Below are positions 1 through 7,719 of a stretch of DNA of 32,000 nucleotides, piece by piece. Both the position numbers and the translations under genes were made by a program. Source of the stretch: Rhodobacter capsulatus SB 1003. GTDB taxonomy: Bacteria > Pseudomonadota > Alphaproteobacteria > Rhodobacterales > Rhodobacteraceae. The notes under the pieces were generated by a model. That model worked only from the letters and a program-made list of their open reading frames with translations. It was not told the origin of the DNA and did no database searches. How positions within the stretch are numbered: position 1 is the first letter of the stretch; each line of letters begins with the position of its first letter. Location of the stretch: positions 3,630,001 to 3,662,000 of the forward strand of contig NC_014034.1 of NCBI RefSeq assembly GCF_000021865.1. Direction: 5' to 3'.

Positions 1-726
1 GGGGTGGTGGCGATCAAGGACATCAGCTTCGACATCCGCGAAGGCGAGATCCGCGCGATCATCGGCCCGAACGGCGCGGGCAAAAGCTCGATGCTGAACG
101 TGATCTCGGGCTTTTACGTGCCGACCGAGGGCGAAGTCTGGTTCCGCGGCGAAAAGCGCGGTCCGATGAAACCCTATCAGGTGGCGCGGCTGGGCATTGC
201 CCGCACCTTCCAGAACATCGCGCTTTTTGACGGCATGTCGGTTCTGGACAACATCATGACCGGGCGGCTGACGCTGATGCATGCGGGCCTGTTCAGCCAG
301 GCCCTTTGGTGGGGCAAGGCCGCCGCCGAGGAAGACGAGCATCGCGAAAAAGTCGAAAAGATCATCGACTTCCTTGAAATCCAGAATATTCGGAAAACTC
401 CGGTCGGGCGCCTGCCCTATGGGCTGAAGAAGCGGGTGGAACTGGCCCGCGCCTTGGCGGCGGAGCCGAAGATCCTGCTTCTGGACGAGCCGATGGCCGG
501 GATGAACGTCGAGGAAAAAGAGGACATGTGCCGCTTCATCCTGGATGTGAACGACGAATTCGGCACGACGACGGTCTTGATCGAACATGACATGGGCGTG
601 GTGATGGATCTGTCCGACCGGGTGGTGGTGATGGATTACGGCCGCAAGATCGGCGACGGCCCGCCCGAGGAAGTCCGCAACAATCAGGACGTCATCGACG
701 CCTATCTGGGGGTGGCCCATGCTTGA
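1..726 (+). CDS. ABC transporter ATP-binding protein, LivG-like (HAAT family); 5' end probably truncated by the window edge
   Basis: ORF 4..726 (GTG at 4). Walker A GPNGAGKS, signature-like YGLKKRVELARAL, Walker B ILLLDEP, H-loop IEHDM. Very few residues precede the Walker A strand, so the true start probably lies upstream of the window. Its stop overlaps the next start (ATGCTTGA). Confidence 0.9.
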   Translation, partial: GVVAIKDISFDIREGEIRAIIGPNGAGKSSMLNVISGFYVPTEGEVWFRGEKRGPMKPYQVARLGIARTFQNIALFDGMSVLDNIMTGRLTLMHAGLFSQALWWGKAAAEEDEHREKVEKIIDFLEIQNIRKTPVGRLPYGLKKRVELARALAAEPKILLLDEPMAGMNVEEKEDMCRFILDVNDEFGTTTVLIEHDMGVVMDLSDRVVVMDYGRKIGDGPPEEVRNNQDVIDAYLGVAHA

Positions 727-1705
727 GCAGCTGACCTATGCCTCGGAGGCCGCGCTGAACGGGCTGATGGCCGGGGTGATGTATTCGCTTGTCGCCCTTG
801 GCTTCGTCCTGATCTACAAATCCTCGGGCGTGTTCAACTATGCGCAGGGCGTGATGGCGCTTTTCGCGGCGCTGACGCTGGTCGGCATCCAGAACGGACA
901 GGTGCCCTTCGCGCATCTGATCAATGCAATGACCGGCGGCCATCTGGAGACCTTTGGCTGGCAGGTGCCCGCGGTGCTGGCGATCCTGCTCACCATCGGC
1001 GTGATGGTGGGCATGGCGATCGCGATCGAGAAACTGGTGCTCAAGCATCTGGTCAATCAGGCGCCGATCATCCTGTTCATGGCGACGATCGGGCTGGCCT
1101 ATTTCCTCGAAGGTTTCGGCGACGTGATGTGGGGCGCCGATATCAAGACGCTGGATGTCGGCCTGCCGCAGGGGATCAACGAGACGGTGGAAAGCCTGAC
1201 CGGCGCCTGGTTCGGCTATGGCTTCTTCATCGACAATCTCGACATCGTCGCGGCCGTGGTGTCCGTGGCGCTGGTGGCGGCCCTGACCGTGTTCAGCCAG
1301 TATTCGAAACAGGGCCGGGCGCTGCGCGCCGTCGCCGACGACCATCAGGCGGCGCTTTCGGTGGGCATCTCGCTGCGCTTCATCTGGATCCTGGTCTGGT
1401 CGATCGCGGGCTTTGTCGCGCTGGTGGCCGGGATCATGTGGGGCTCCAAATCCGGGGTGCAATTCTCGCTCTCGCTGATCGCGCTGAAGGCGCTGCCGGT
1501 CCTGATGCTGGGCGGCTTCACCTCGATCCCCGGCGCCATCGTCGGCGGGCTGATCATCGGCATGGGCGAGAAACTGTTCGAGTTCTTCATCGGTCCGATG
1601 ATCGGCGGCGCCACCGAAAACTGGTTCGCCTATGTGCTGGCGCTGATCTTCCTCGTGTTCCGGCCGCAGGGCCTGTTCGGCGAGCGGATCATCGAGAGGG
1701 TGTAA
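719..1705 (+). CDS. branched-chain-amino-acid-type ABC transporter permease (LivH-like)
   Basis: ATG at 719 overlaps the upstream stop. 328-aa polytopic hydrophobic protein with the LivH-type segment LIYKSSGVFNYAQGVMALFAA. Third-position GC is high. Confidence 0.9.
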   Translation: MLEQLTYASEAALNGLMAGVMYSLVALGFVLIYKSSGVFNYAQGVMALFAALTLVGIQNGQVPFAHLINAMTGGHLETFGWQVPAVLAILLTIGVMVGMAIAIEKLVLKHLVNQAPIILFMATIGLAYFLEGFGDVMWGADIKTLDVGLPQGINETVESLTGAWFGYGFFIDNLDIVAAVVSVALVAALTVFSQYSKQGRALRAVADDHQAALSVGISLRFIWILVWSIAGFVALVAGIMWGSKSGVQFSLSLIALKALPVLMLGGFTSIPGAIVGGLIIGMGEKLFEFFIGPMIGGATENWFAYVLALIFLVFRPQGLFGERIIERV

Positions 1706-1868
1706 ACTAAAATGGACACTTTGACGCAGATTAGGGTTGAACAGGGGGACAAGGTGCGACATTCTGTCAGCGATCCGGCGCGCTGGGATGATTCCTGCCG
1801 GGGACACGCACTGCATCACGCGCCCCTTGCGGTTGAGGAGGCGCCCGGGGACGGGGGGCCCCATATCG

Positions 1869-2054
1869 ATGACCAGAAAAGCCTGTTCCGTCGCCTTCAC
1901 CATCGGCTGGGCCTCTGCCCTGACCTTCGGCTGGATCGCGCTGGCCGCACCGCCGGACGAGCCGGCCTCGACCCGCACCATCAACATGATCCTTGCGGCC
2001 TTCGGGGCCGGGGCCGGCCTCTGGTCCTGGATGCGCGTGCGCCGCGACATCTGA
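1869..2054 (+). CDS. hypothetical small membrane protein (61 aa, two predicted TM helices)
   Basis: ATG at 1869 within track ORF 1737..2054, whose own start is TTG. Two hydrophobic stretches (VAFTIGWASALTFGWIALAA and MILAAFGAGAGLWSWM). Third-position GC matches neighbouring genes. Only a weak G-rich SD lies upstream. An alternative in-frame ATG is at 1788. Confidence 0.35.
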   Translation: MTRKACSVAFTIGWASALTFGWIALAAPPDEPASTRTINMILAAFGAGAGLWSWMRVRRDI

Positions 2055-2103
2055 CGGGGGCGCCCAGCAGCCTTCCCCGTGCCATCACCGGGGGGAGGCT
2101 CTG

Positions 2104-3180
2104 ATGTTTTACCGCGAAGCAGGCGATTTCAAGACAAGCTACCGCGCCGACAGCCAGACCTTTCCGATCCGTCTGGACCGGATGGGATATTTCGCGGCGC
2201 TGGCAACAGCTTATTGCGTCGTGCCCTTTTTCATCGACGATTACTGGGCGAATGCGGTCTTCGTGCCCTTCCTGATCTATGCGATCGCGGCGATCGGGCT
2301 GAACATCCTTGTGGGCTATGCCGGGCAGGTCAGCCTTGGCACCGGCGGCTTCATGGCGGTCGGCGCCTATGCGGTCTACAAGCTGATGACCGCCTTTCCC
2401 GAGGTGCCGATCCTGATCCACGTCCTGCTGGCGGGCGGCATCACCGCCTGCGTCGGCGTGCTGTTCGGCCTGCCGTCCTTGCGGATCAAGGGCTTTTATC
2501 TGGCCGTCGCGACGCTAGCGGCGCAGTTCTTCCTCGTCTGGCTCTTCAACAAGGTGCCGTGGTTTTACAACTATTCCGCGTCCGGCCAGATCACCGCGCC
2601 CGACCGCACCATGTTCGGCGTCTTCATCACCGGGGCGCAGACGACGGCGGCGGCGAAATACCTGTTCTGTCTCGTCCTCCTGACACTTGTCGCCCTGATG
2701 GCGCGCAATCTGACGCGCGGCACCATCGGGCGCAAATGGATGGCCATTCGCGACATGGACATCGCCGCCGAGATCATCGGGGTCAATCCGCTGTCCGCCA
2801 AGGTCACTGCCTTTGCCGTCTCGTCCTTCTTCATCGGCATCGCCGGGGCGCTTTTGTTCTCGGTCTACCTCGGCGCGGCCGAGGTGGGCGAGGCCTTCGG
2901 GATCAACAAATCGTTCCTGGTGCTGTTCATGGTGATCATCGGCGGGCTCGGCTCGATCTTCGGCTCCTTTGCCGGGGCGGCGTTCCTGGTCCTGCTGCCG
3001 GTGTTTCTCAAGAACGTGCTGGTCGGCGGCCTGGGCTGGCCCACCGATGTCGCCGCGCATCTGGAGCTGATGATCGTCGGTGCGCTGATCGTGGTTTTCC
3101 TGATCGTCGAACCGCACGGGCTGGCGCAGCTGTGGCGCATTGCCAAGGAAAAACTGAGACTTTGGCCCTTCCCACATTGA
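2104..3180 (+). CDS. branched-chain-amino-acid-type ABC transporter permease (LivM-like)
   Basis: ATG at 2104 preceded by GGGGGGAGG (2090-2098). The track ORF start at 1993 adds a non-hydrophobic, Gly/Pro/Ala-rich extension. LivM-type motif IGLNILVGYAGQVSLGTGGFMAVGAY. Polytopic. Confidence 0.9.
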   Translation: MFYREAGDFKTSYRADSQTFPIRLDRMGYFAALATAYCVVPFFIDDYWANAVFVPFLIYAIAAIGLNILVGYAGQVSLGTGGFMAVGAYAVYKLMTAFPEVPILIHVLLAGGITACVGVLFGLPSLRIKGFYLAVATLAAQFFLVWLFNKVPWFYNYSASGQITAPDRTMFGVFITGAQTTAAAKYLFCLVLLTLVALMARNLTRGTIGRKWMAIRDMDIAAEIIGVNPLSAKVTAFAVSSFFIGIAGALLFSVYLGAAEVGEAFGINKSFLVLFMVIIGGLGSIFGSFAGAAFLVLLPVFLKNVLVGGLGWPTDVAAHLELMIVGALIVVFLIVEPHGLAQLWRIAKEKLRLWPFPH

Positions 3181-3244
3181 GGGGCCGGGAAAGACCCGGG
3201 CAACCGGTTGAAAACAAACAATACGTTACTGGGAGGATAGACGT

Positions 3245-4531
3245 ATGAAAAAGAGCTTTGCAGCCCTTGCGGCGGCGGCCATGCTGGCCACGACCGGCCC
3301 CGCTCTGGCCGATCTGACGGTGCCGAACCTGAGCTATCGCACCGGCTCCTATGCCGCGAACGGCATCCCCTATGCCGATGGTTTCGCCGATTACTTCACG
3401 CTGCTGAACGAGCGCGACGGCGGCATCGGCGGTGAAAAGGTCGCCGTGCCGGAATGCGAGACCGCCTACAACACCGAAAAGGGCGTCGAATGCTATGAAA
3501 GCACCAAGGGACAGGCGGCGCTGGCCTATAACCCGCTCTCGACCGGGATCACCTATCAGCTGATCCCGAAGGTCACAGCGGATCACCATGTGCTGTATAC
3601 CCCGGGCTATGGCCGCACCTCGGCCGCGAATGGCGCGGTGTTCGAATGGGTGTTCAACTATCCGGCCAACTACTGGGACGGCGCCTCGGTCGCGGTGAAA
3701 TACATGCTGGCGGAAAACGGCGGCGATCTGACCGGGAAAAAGATCACGCTGGTCTATCACAACTCGGCCTATGGCAAGGAACCGATCCGCACGCTGGAAG
3801 AACTGGCGAAGAAGCACGGCTTCACCCTGTCGCTGCTGCCGGTCGATCCGCCCGGGCAGGAGCAGAAATCGCAATGGCTGCAGATCCGCCGCGACAAGCC
3901 CGATTATGTCATCATGTATGGCTGGGGCGTGATGAACCAGGTCGCGATCCAGGAGGCGGTGAACATCAAGTTCCCGATGGATCACATGATGGGGATCTGG
4001 TGGTCGGGCTCTGAAAACGACGTCGGCCCGGCGGGCGCGGGGGCGAATGGCTACAAGTCGATCAGCTTCCACGGCGTCGGCGCCGAGTATCCGATCTATG
4101 CCGATCTGAAGAAATATGTCTTCGACGCGGGCAAGGCGGCGGGGGCGGGCGATCAGCTGGGCACCGTGCTTTATTCGCGCGGGATGTATGCGGCGATGAT
4201 CATTTCCGAAGCGATCCGCACCGCGCAGGAAAAGACCGGCAAGGCCTCGGTGACGCCCGAGGAGGTCCGCGACGGGTTTGAGACCCTGAACCTGACCGAG
4301 GCGCGTCTGACCGAGCTTGGCCTGCCGGGCTTTGCCCAGCCGATCGCCGCCAGCTGCGCCGATCACGGCGGCCCGGGCACGGCGATGATCCTGCAATGGG
4401 ATGCCTCGGCGAAGAAATGGTCCGCCGTCTCGGACTGGATCGAGGCCGATGCCGAGGTGCTCGATCCGCTGATCGCCGAGGACTCGGCCGCTTTCGCCAA
4501 GGAATCCGGCATCGCCGAGCGTTGCAAGTAA
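3245..4531 (+). CDS. ABC transporter periplasmic substrate-binding protein (Leu/Ile/Val-binding-protein superfamily)
   Basis: ATG at 3245 with GGGAGG at 3230-3235. Signal peptide MKKSFAALAAAAMLATTGPALA. 428 aa soluble protein. Sits inside the liv-type operon. Confidence 0.88.
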   Translation: MKKSFAALAAAAMLATTGPALADLTVPNLSYRTGSYAANGIPYADGFADYFTLLNERDGGIGGEKVAVPECETAYNTEKGVECYESTKGQAALAYNPLSTGITYQLIPKVTADHHVLYTPGYGRTSAANGAVFEWVFNYPANYWDGASVAVKYMLAENGGDLTGKKITLVYHNSAYGKEPIRTLEELAKKHGFTLSLLPVDPPGQEQKSQWLQIRRDKPDYVIMYGWGVMNQVAIQEAVNIKFPMDHMMGIWWSGSENDVGPAGAGANGYKSISFHGVGAEYPIYADLKKYVFDAGKAAGAGDQLGTVLYSRGMYAAMIISEAIRTAQEKTGKASVTPEEVRDGFETLNLTEARLTELGLPGFAQPIAASCADHGGPGTAMILQWDASAKKWSAVSDWIEADAEVLDPLIAEDSAAFAKESGIAERCK

Positions 4532-4538
4532 GCCCCTG

Positions 4539-4560
4539 CCCCCGGCCTTCGGGCCGGGGG
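4539..4560 (+). terminator. intercistronic GC stem-loop after the binding-protein gene (partial terminator or mRNA stabiliser)
   Basis: CCCCCGGCC-TTCG-GGCCGGGGG: a 9-bp perfect stem with a TTCG tetraloop, 8 nt after the stop, followed by ATTTCG. No long T tract, so it is probably not a full terminator. Confidence 0.45.
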
Positions 4561-4581
4561 ATTTCGCCCCGGAGGATGACC

Positions 4582-5403
4582 ATGTTCGATGCCGCCAAGA
4601 CCGAGACGCTCCTTGAAGTGAACAACATCGAGGTGATCTACAACCACGTCATCCTTGTGCTGAAGGGCGTCAGCCTGTCGGTGCCCAAGGGCGGGATCAC
4701 CGCGCTTCTGGGCGGCAATGGCGCGGGCAAGACGACGACGCTGAAGGCGATCTCGAACCTTCTGCACTCCGAACGCGGCGAGGTGACGAAGGGCGCGATC
4801 CTTTACCGCGGCGAGCGGGTGCAGGACATGTCCCCCGCCGATCTGGTGCGCAAGGGCGTCATCCAGGTGATGGAGGGGCGGCATTGTTTTGAGCACCTGA
4901 CGGTCGAGGAAAACCTGCTCACCGGCGCCTATACCCGCAAGGATGGCCGCGCCGCGATCGCGCGCGATCTGGAGATGGTCTATGCCTATTTCCCGCGCCT
5001 GAAGGAGCGGCGGAAATCGCAGGCGGGCTATACCTCGGGCGGCGAGCAGCAGATGGTGGCGATGGGCCGGGCGCTGATGTCGCGGCCGGAAACGATCCTT
5101 CTGGACGAACCCTCGATGGGGCTGGCGCCGCAGCTGGTCGAGCAGATCTTCGAGATCGTGAAGGCGGTGAACGAGGGCGAAGGCGTGACCTTCCTTCTGG
5201 CCGAGCAGAACACCAACGTCGCGCTGCGCTATGCGCATTACGGCTATATCCTCGAAAGCGGCCGTGTGGTGATGGACGGCCCGGCACCGCAATTGCGCGA
5301 AAACCCGGATGTGAAGGAATTCTATCTGGGCATGTCGGATGACGGCCGCAAAAGCTTTCGCGATGTCCGCTCCTATCGCCGCCGCAAGCGCTGGCTTGCC
5401 TGA
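4582..5403 (+). CDS. ABC transporter ATP-binding protein, LivF-like, with a basic C-terminal tail
   Basis: ATG at 4582 lies 6 nt after GGAGG (4571-4575). The ATG at 4576 abuts the SD. Walker A GGNGAGKTT, signature SGGEQQMVAMGRAL, Walker B ILLDEPSMGL. C-terminal extension RKSFRDVRSYRRRKRWLA. Confidence 0.9.
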   Translation: MFDAAKTETLLEVNNIEVIYNHVILVLKGVSLSVPKGGITALLGGNGAGKTTTLKAISNLLHSERGEVTKGAILYRGERVQDMSPADLVRKGVIQVMEGRHCFEHLTVEENLLTGAYTRKDGRAAIARDLEMVYAYFPRLKERRKSQAGYTSGGEQQMVAMGRALMSRPETILLDEPSMGLAPQLVEQIFEIVKAVNEGEGVTFLLAEQNTNVALRYAHYGYILESGRVVMDGPAPQLRENPDVKEFYLGMSDDGRKSFRDVRSYRRRKRWLA

Positions 5404-5425
5404 CAACCGTTTGATCAACAACATT

Positions 5426-5456
5426 TGCTGCGCAGCATTCTGCACCGCAGCATTCT
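5426..5456 (+). promoter_or_regulatory. candidate operator: 12-bp perfect palindrome overlapping a tandem 11-nt direct repeat
   Basis: TGCTGCGCAGCA (5426-5437) is a perfect palindrome. CGCAGCATTCT occurs exactly twice (5431-5441 and 5446-5456, 15-bp period). The site lies 28-58 nt upstream of the ligase-family ATG at 5484. Confidence 0.3.
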
Positions 5457-5483
5457 TCGGACAAGCCGCAGAAAGGCGCCGCG

Positions 5484-6704
5484 ATGAGCCGCTATTACGA
5501 TGTTCTGGAAACCCGTTCCGCCGATGAACGCGCGGCGGCCTTGAGCCGCGATCTGCCGCAGGCGGTGGCGCGCGCGCTGTCGGCGCCGGGGTTGGCAGCG
5601 CATCTGGGGGGGGTCGATGCGGCGGCCGTCACCTCGCTTGACGCTTTGGCGAAACTGCCGGTGCTGCGCAAATCCGACCTGAGCAGCGCACAGAAGAAAT
5701 CCCCCCCCTTCGGCGGCATGACGCCGCGCACCGCGCGCGGCTTCGCGCATATCTTCCAAAGCCCCGGCCCGATCTATGAACCCGGGGAAACCTCGGCGGA
5801 CTGGTGGCGGATGGGGCGCTTCCTGCATGCCGCGGGCGTCGGCCCGGGCGACATCGTGCAGAACTGCTTCGGTTACCACCTGACCCCCGCCGGGATGATC
5901 TTTGAATCCGGCGCGCGGGCCGTGGGCGCCGCCGTCCTGCCCGCGGGCACCGGCCAGACCGAATTGCAGGTCCGCGCCGCCGTCGATATCGGCACGACGG
6001 TTTACGCAGGCACGCCCGATTACCTGAAGGTGATCCTCGACAAGGCCGCCGAGATGAACGAGGCGCTGACGATCAGCCGCGCCGTGGTCGGCGGCGGGGC
6101 GCTGTTCCCGAGCCTGCGCAAGGAATATGCCGACCGCGGCATCGCCTGCCTGCAATGCTATGCGACGGCCGATCTGGGCAACATCGCCTATGAAAGCCCG
6201 GCGCTGGAGGGGATGATCGTCGATGAGGGCGTGATCGTCGAGATCGTTCGCCCCGGCACCGGCGATCCGGTCCCCCCGGGCGAGGTGGGCGAGGTTGTCG
6301 TCACCACGCTCAACCCCGATTATCCGCTGATCCGCTTTGCCACCGGCGATCTCAGCGCCGTCCTGCCCGGGATGTCCCCTTGCGGGCGCACCAACCTGCG
6401 CATCAAGGGCTGGATGGGCCGCGCCGATCAGACGACGAAGATCAAGGGCATGTTCGTGCGCCCCGAACAGGTCGCGGCCTTCGTCGCCGCCCACCCCGAG
6501 GTCACCCGCGCCCGCGTCATCGCCACCCGCGAGGGCGAGATGGACGCAATGACGGTGCGGATCGAAACCGAGGCCCGCGACCCCGCGCGTTACGCCACGG
6601 GCGTCATCGAGGCGCTGAAACTCAAGGGCACGGTCGAGCTTGTCGCCCCGGGCAGCCTGCCCAACGACGGCAAGGTGATCGAGGATCTGCGCAAATACGA
6701 CTGA
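5484..6704 (+). CDS. phenylacetate-CoA ligase (PaaK / F390-synthetase) family protein
   Basis: ATG at 5484 with GAAAGG upstream. 406 aa with overall PaaK-like architecture: N-terminal LPVLRKSDL, GYHLTPAG, PAGTGQTELQ, GTPDYL, GEVVVTTL...PLIRFATGDL, GRADQTTKIKGMFVRPEQ and a C-terminal GK. I could not find the canonical SSGTTG P-loop. Confidence 0.8.
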   Translation: MSRYYDVLETRSADERAAALSRDLPQAVARALSAPGLAAHLGGVDAAAVTSLDALAKLPVLRKSDLSSAQKKSPPFGGMTPRTARGFAHIFQSPGPIYEPGETSADWWRMGRFLHAAGVGPGDIVQNCFGYHLTPAGMIFESGARAVGAAVLPAGTGQTELQVRAAVDIGTTVYAGTPDYLKVILDKAAEMNEALTISRAVVGGGALFPSLRKEYADRGIACLQCYATADLGNIAYESPALEGMIVDEGVIVEIVRPGTGDPVPPGEVGEVVVTTLNPDYPLIRFATGDLSAVLPGMSPCGRTNLRIKGWMGRADQTTKIKGMFVRPEQVAAFVAAHPEVTRARVIATREGEMDAMTVRIETEARDPARYATGVIEALKLKGTVELVAPGSLPNDGKVIEDLRKYD

Positions 6705-6713
6705 CCCGCCACC

Positions 6714-6772
6714 CGTTTCACCTTGGTGCAAATATCCCGGGGGGGCTGCGCAGCAGCGGGGGCAGCGCCCCC
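6714..6772. repeat. intergenic repeat copy A (RTATTT-N-CAAG tail plus GGGGGC-N3-GCCCCC hairpin; minus orientation)
   Basis: Shares GCAAATATCCCGGGG, GGGGGCA[G/A]CGCCCCC and GTC[A/T]CAGGCGC with the copy at 13334-13392. Lies between convergent gene ends (6704 and 6798). Confidence 0.55.
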
Positions 6773-6797
6773 TCCCCGGCCCGTCACAGGCGCAGCT

Positions 6798-7607
6798 TCA
6801 GCCCCAGGTCGGGTGGAACCGGTTCGCGGGGCTCAGCGTGAAGATCTCGCAGCCGTCGGCGGTCACGCCCACCGAATGTTCGAACTGCGCCGACAGCGAC
6901 TTGTCGCGGGTGACCGCGGTCCAGTCGTCCGACAGCACCTTGGTTTCGGGGCGGCCCAGGTTCACCATCGGCTCGATGGTGAACATCATGCCTTCCTCCA
7001 GCACCGCGCCCGCACCCTTGCGGCCGTAATGCAGCACGTTCGGCGGCGCGTGGAAGACCCGGCCCAGCCCGTGGCCGCAGAAATCGCGCACGACGCTCAT
7101 CCGTTGCGCCTCGACATAGGCCTGAATCGCATGGCCGATGTCGCCAAAGGTGTTGCCCGGCTTCACCTGCTCGATCCCCAGCATCAGCGCATCATGGGTG
7201 ACCTGAATCAGCCGCTCCGCCTTGCGGGTCAGATTGCCCGCCACATACATCCGCGAGGTGTCGCCGAACCAGCCCTCCAGAATCACCGTCACGTCGATGT
7301 TCAGGATGTCGCCATCGGTCAGGACCTTTGTCCCCGGAATGCCGTGGCAGACCACATGGTTCACCGAGATGCAGGACGCATGCTTGTAACCGCGATAGCC
7401 GATCGTCGCCGACACCGCCCCCAGTTCCGTCACCCGGTTGCGGATGAAATCATCGAGCGCCCCGGTCGTCACCCCCGGCACCACCATCGGCGCGACTTCG
7501 TCCAGGATCTGCGACGCGATCTTGCCCGCCGCCTGCATCCCCGCGAAATCGGCACGGTCGTAAATGCGGATGCCATCCTTGGTCAGGCGGGGTTTTGCGT
7601 CGTTCAC
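6798..7607 (-). CDS. map: type I methionine aminopeptidase
   Basis: Metal ligand contexts DILNIDVT, FCGHGLG, FTIEPM and QFEHSVGVT. The track start at 7625 is TTG. GTG at 7607 lies 6 nt after AGGAGA, so it is preferred; the start remains uncertain by 18 nt. Confidence 0.9.
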   Translation of the reverse strand: MNDAKPRLTKDGIRIYDRADFAGMQAAGKIASQILDEVAPMVVPGVTTGALDDFIRNRVTELGAVSATIGYRGYKHASCISVNHVVCHGIPGTKVLTDGDILNIDVTVILEGWFGDTSRMYVAGNLTRKAERLIQVTHDALMLGIEQVKPGNTFGDIGHAIQAYVEAQRMSVVRDFCGHGLGRVFHAPPNVLHYGRKGAGAVLEEGMMFTIEPMVNLGRPETKVLSDDWTAVTRDKSLSAQFEHSVGVTADGCEIFTLSPANRFHPTWG

Positions 7608-7719
7608 GGGCACTCTCCTGTTCAATCGCCCCTAGATAGTCACAAATCCGCGGCTTGGCCAGACCCGGGCTTTTCCGCAAGGCCCGCGCCCCTTATACCG
7701 TGGCCCAAGGAGGAGCCCC

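Noticed and set aside
1993-2103. Upstream extensions of track ORFs, such as the start at 1993 for the LivM-like gene. Similar extensions occur at 4396, 8151, 15544(-), 15397, 19461, 22253, 25714(-), 31065(-) and 7625(-).
   Set aside because: The ORF track starts at the first ATG, GTG or TTG. The extensions overlap upstream genes or encode Arg/Pro/Gly-rich segments. Internal ATG or GTG codons with good SD spacing, signal peptides or ATGA coupling fit better.
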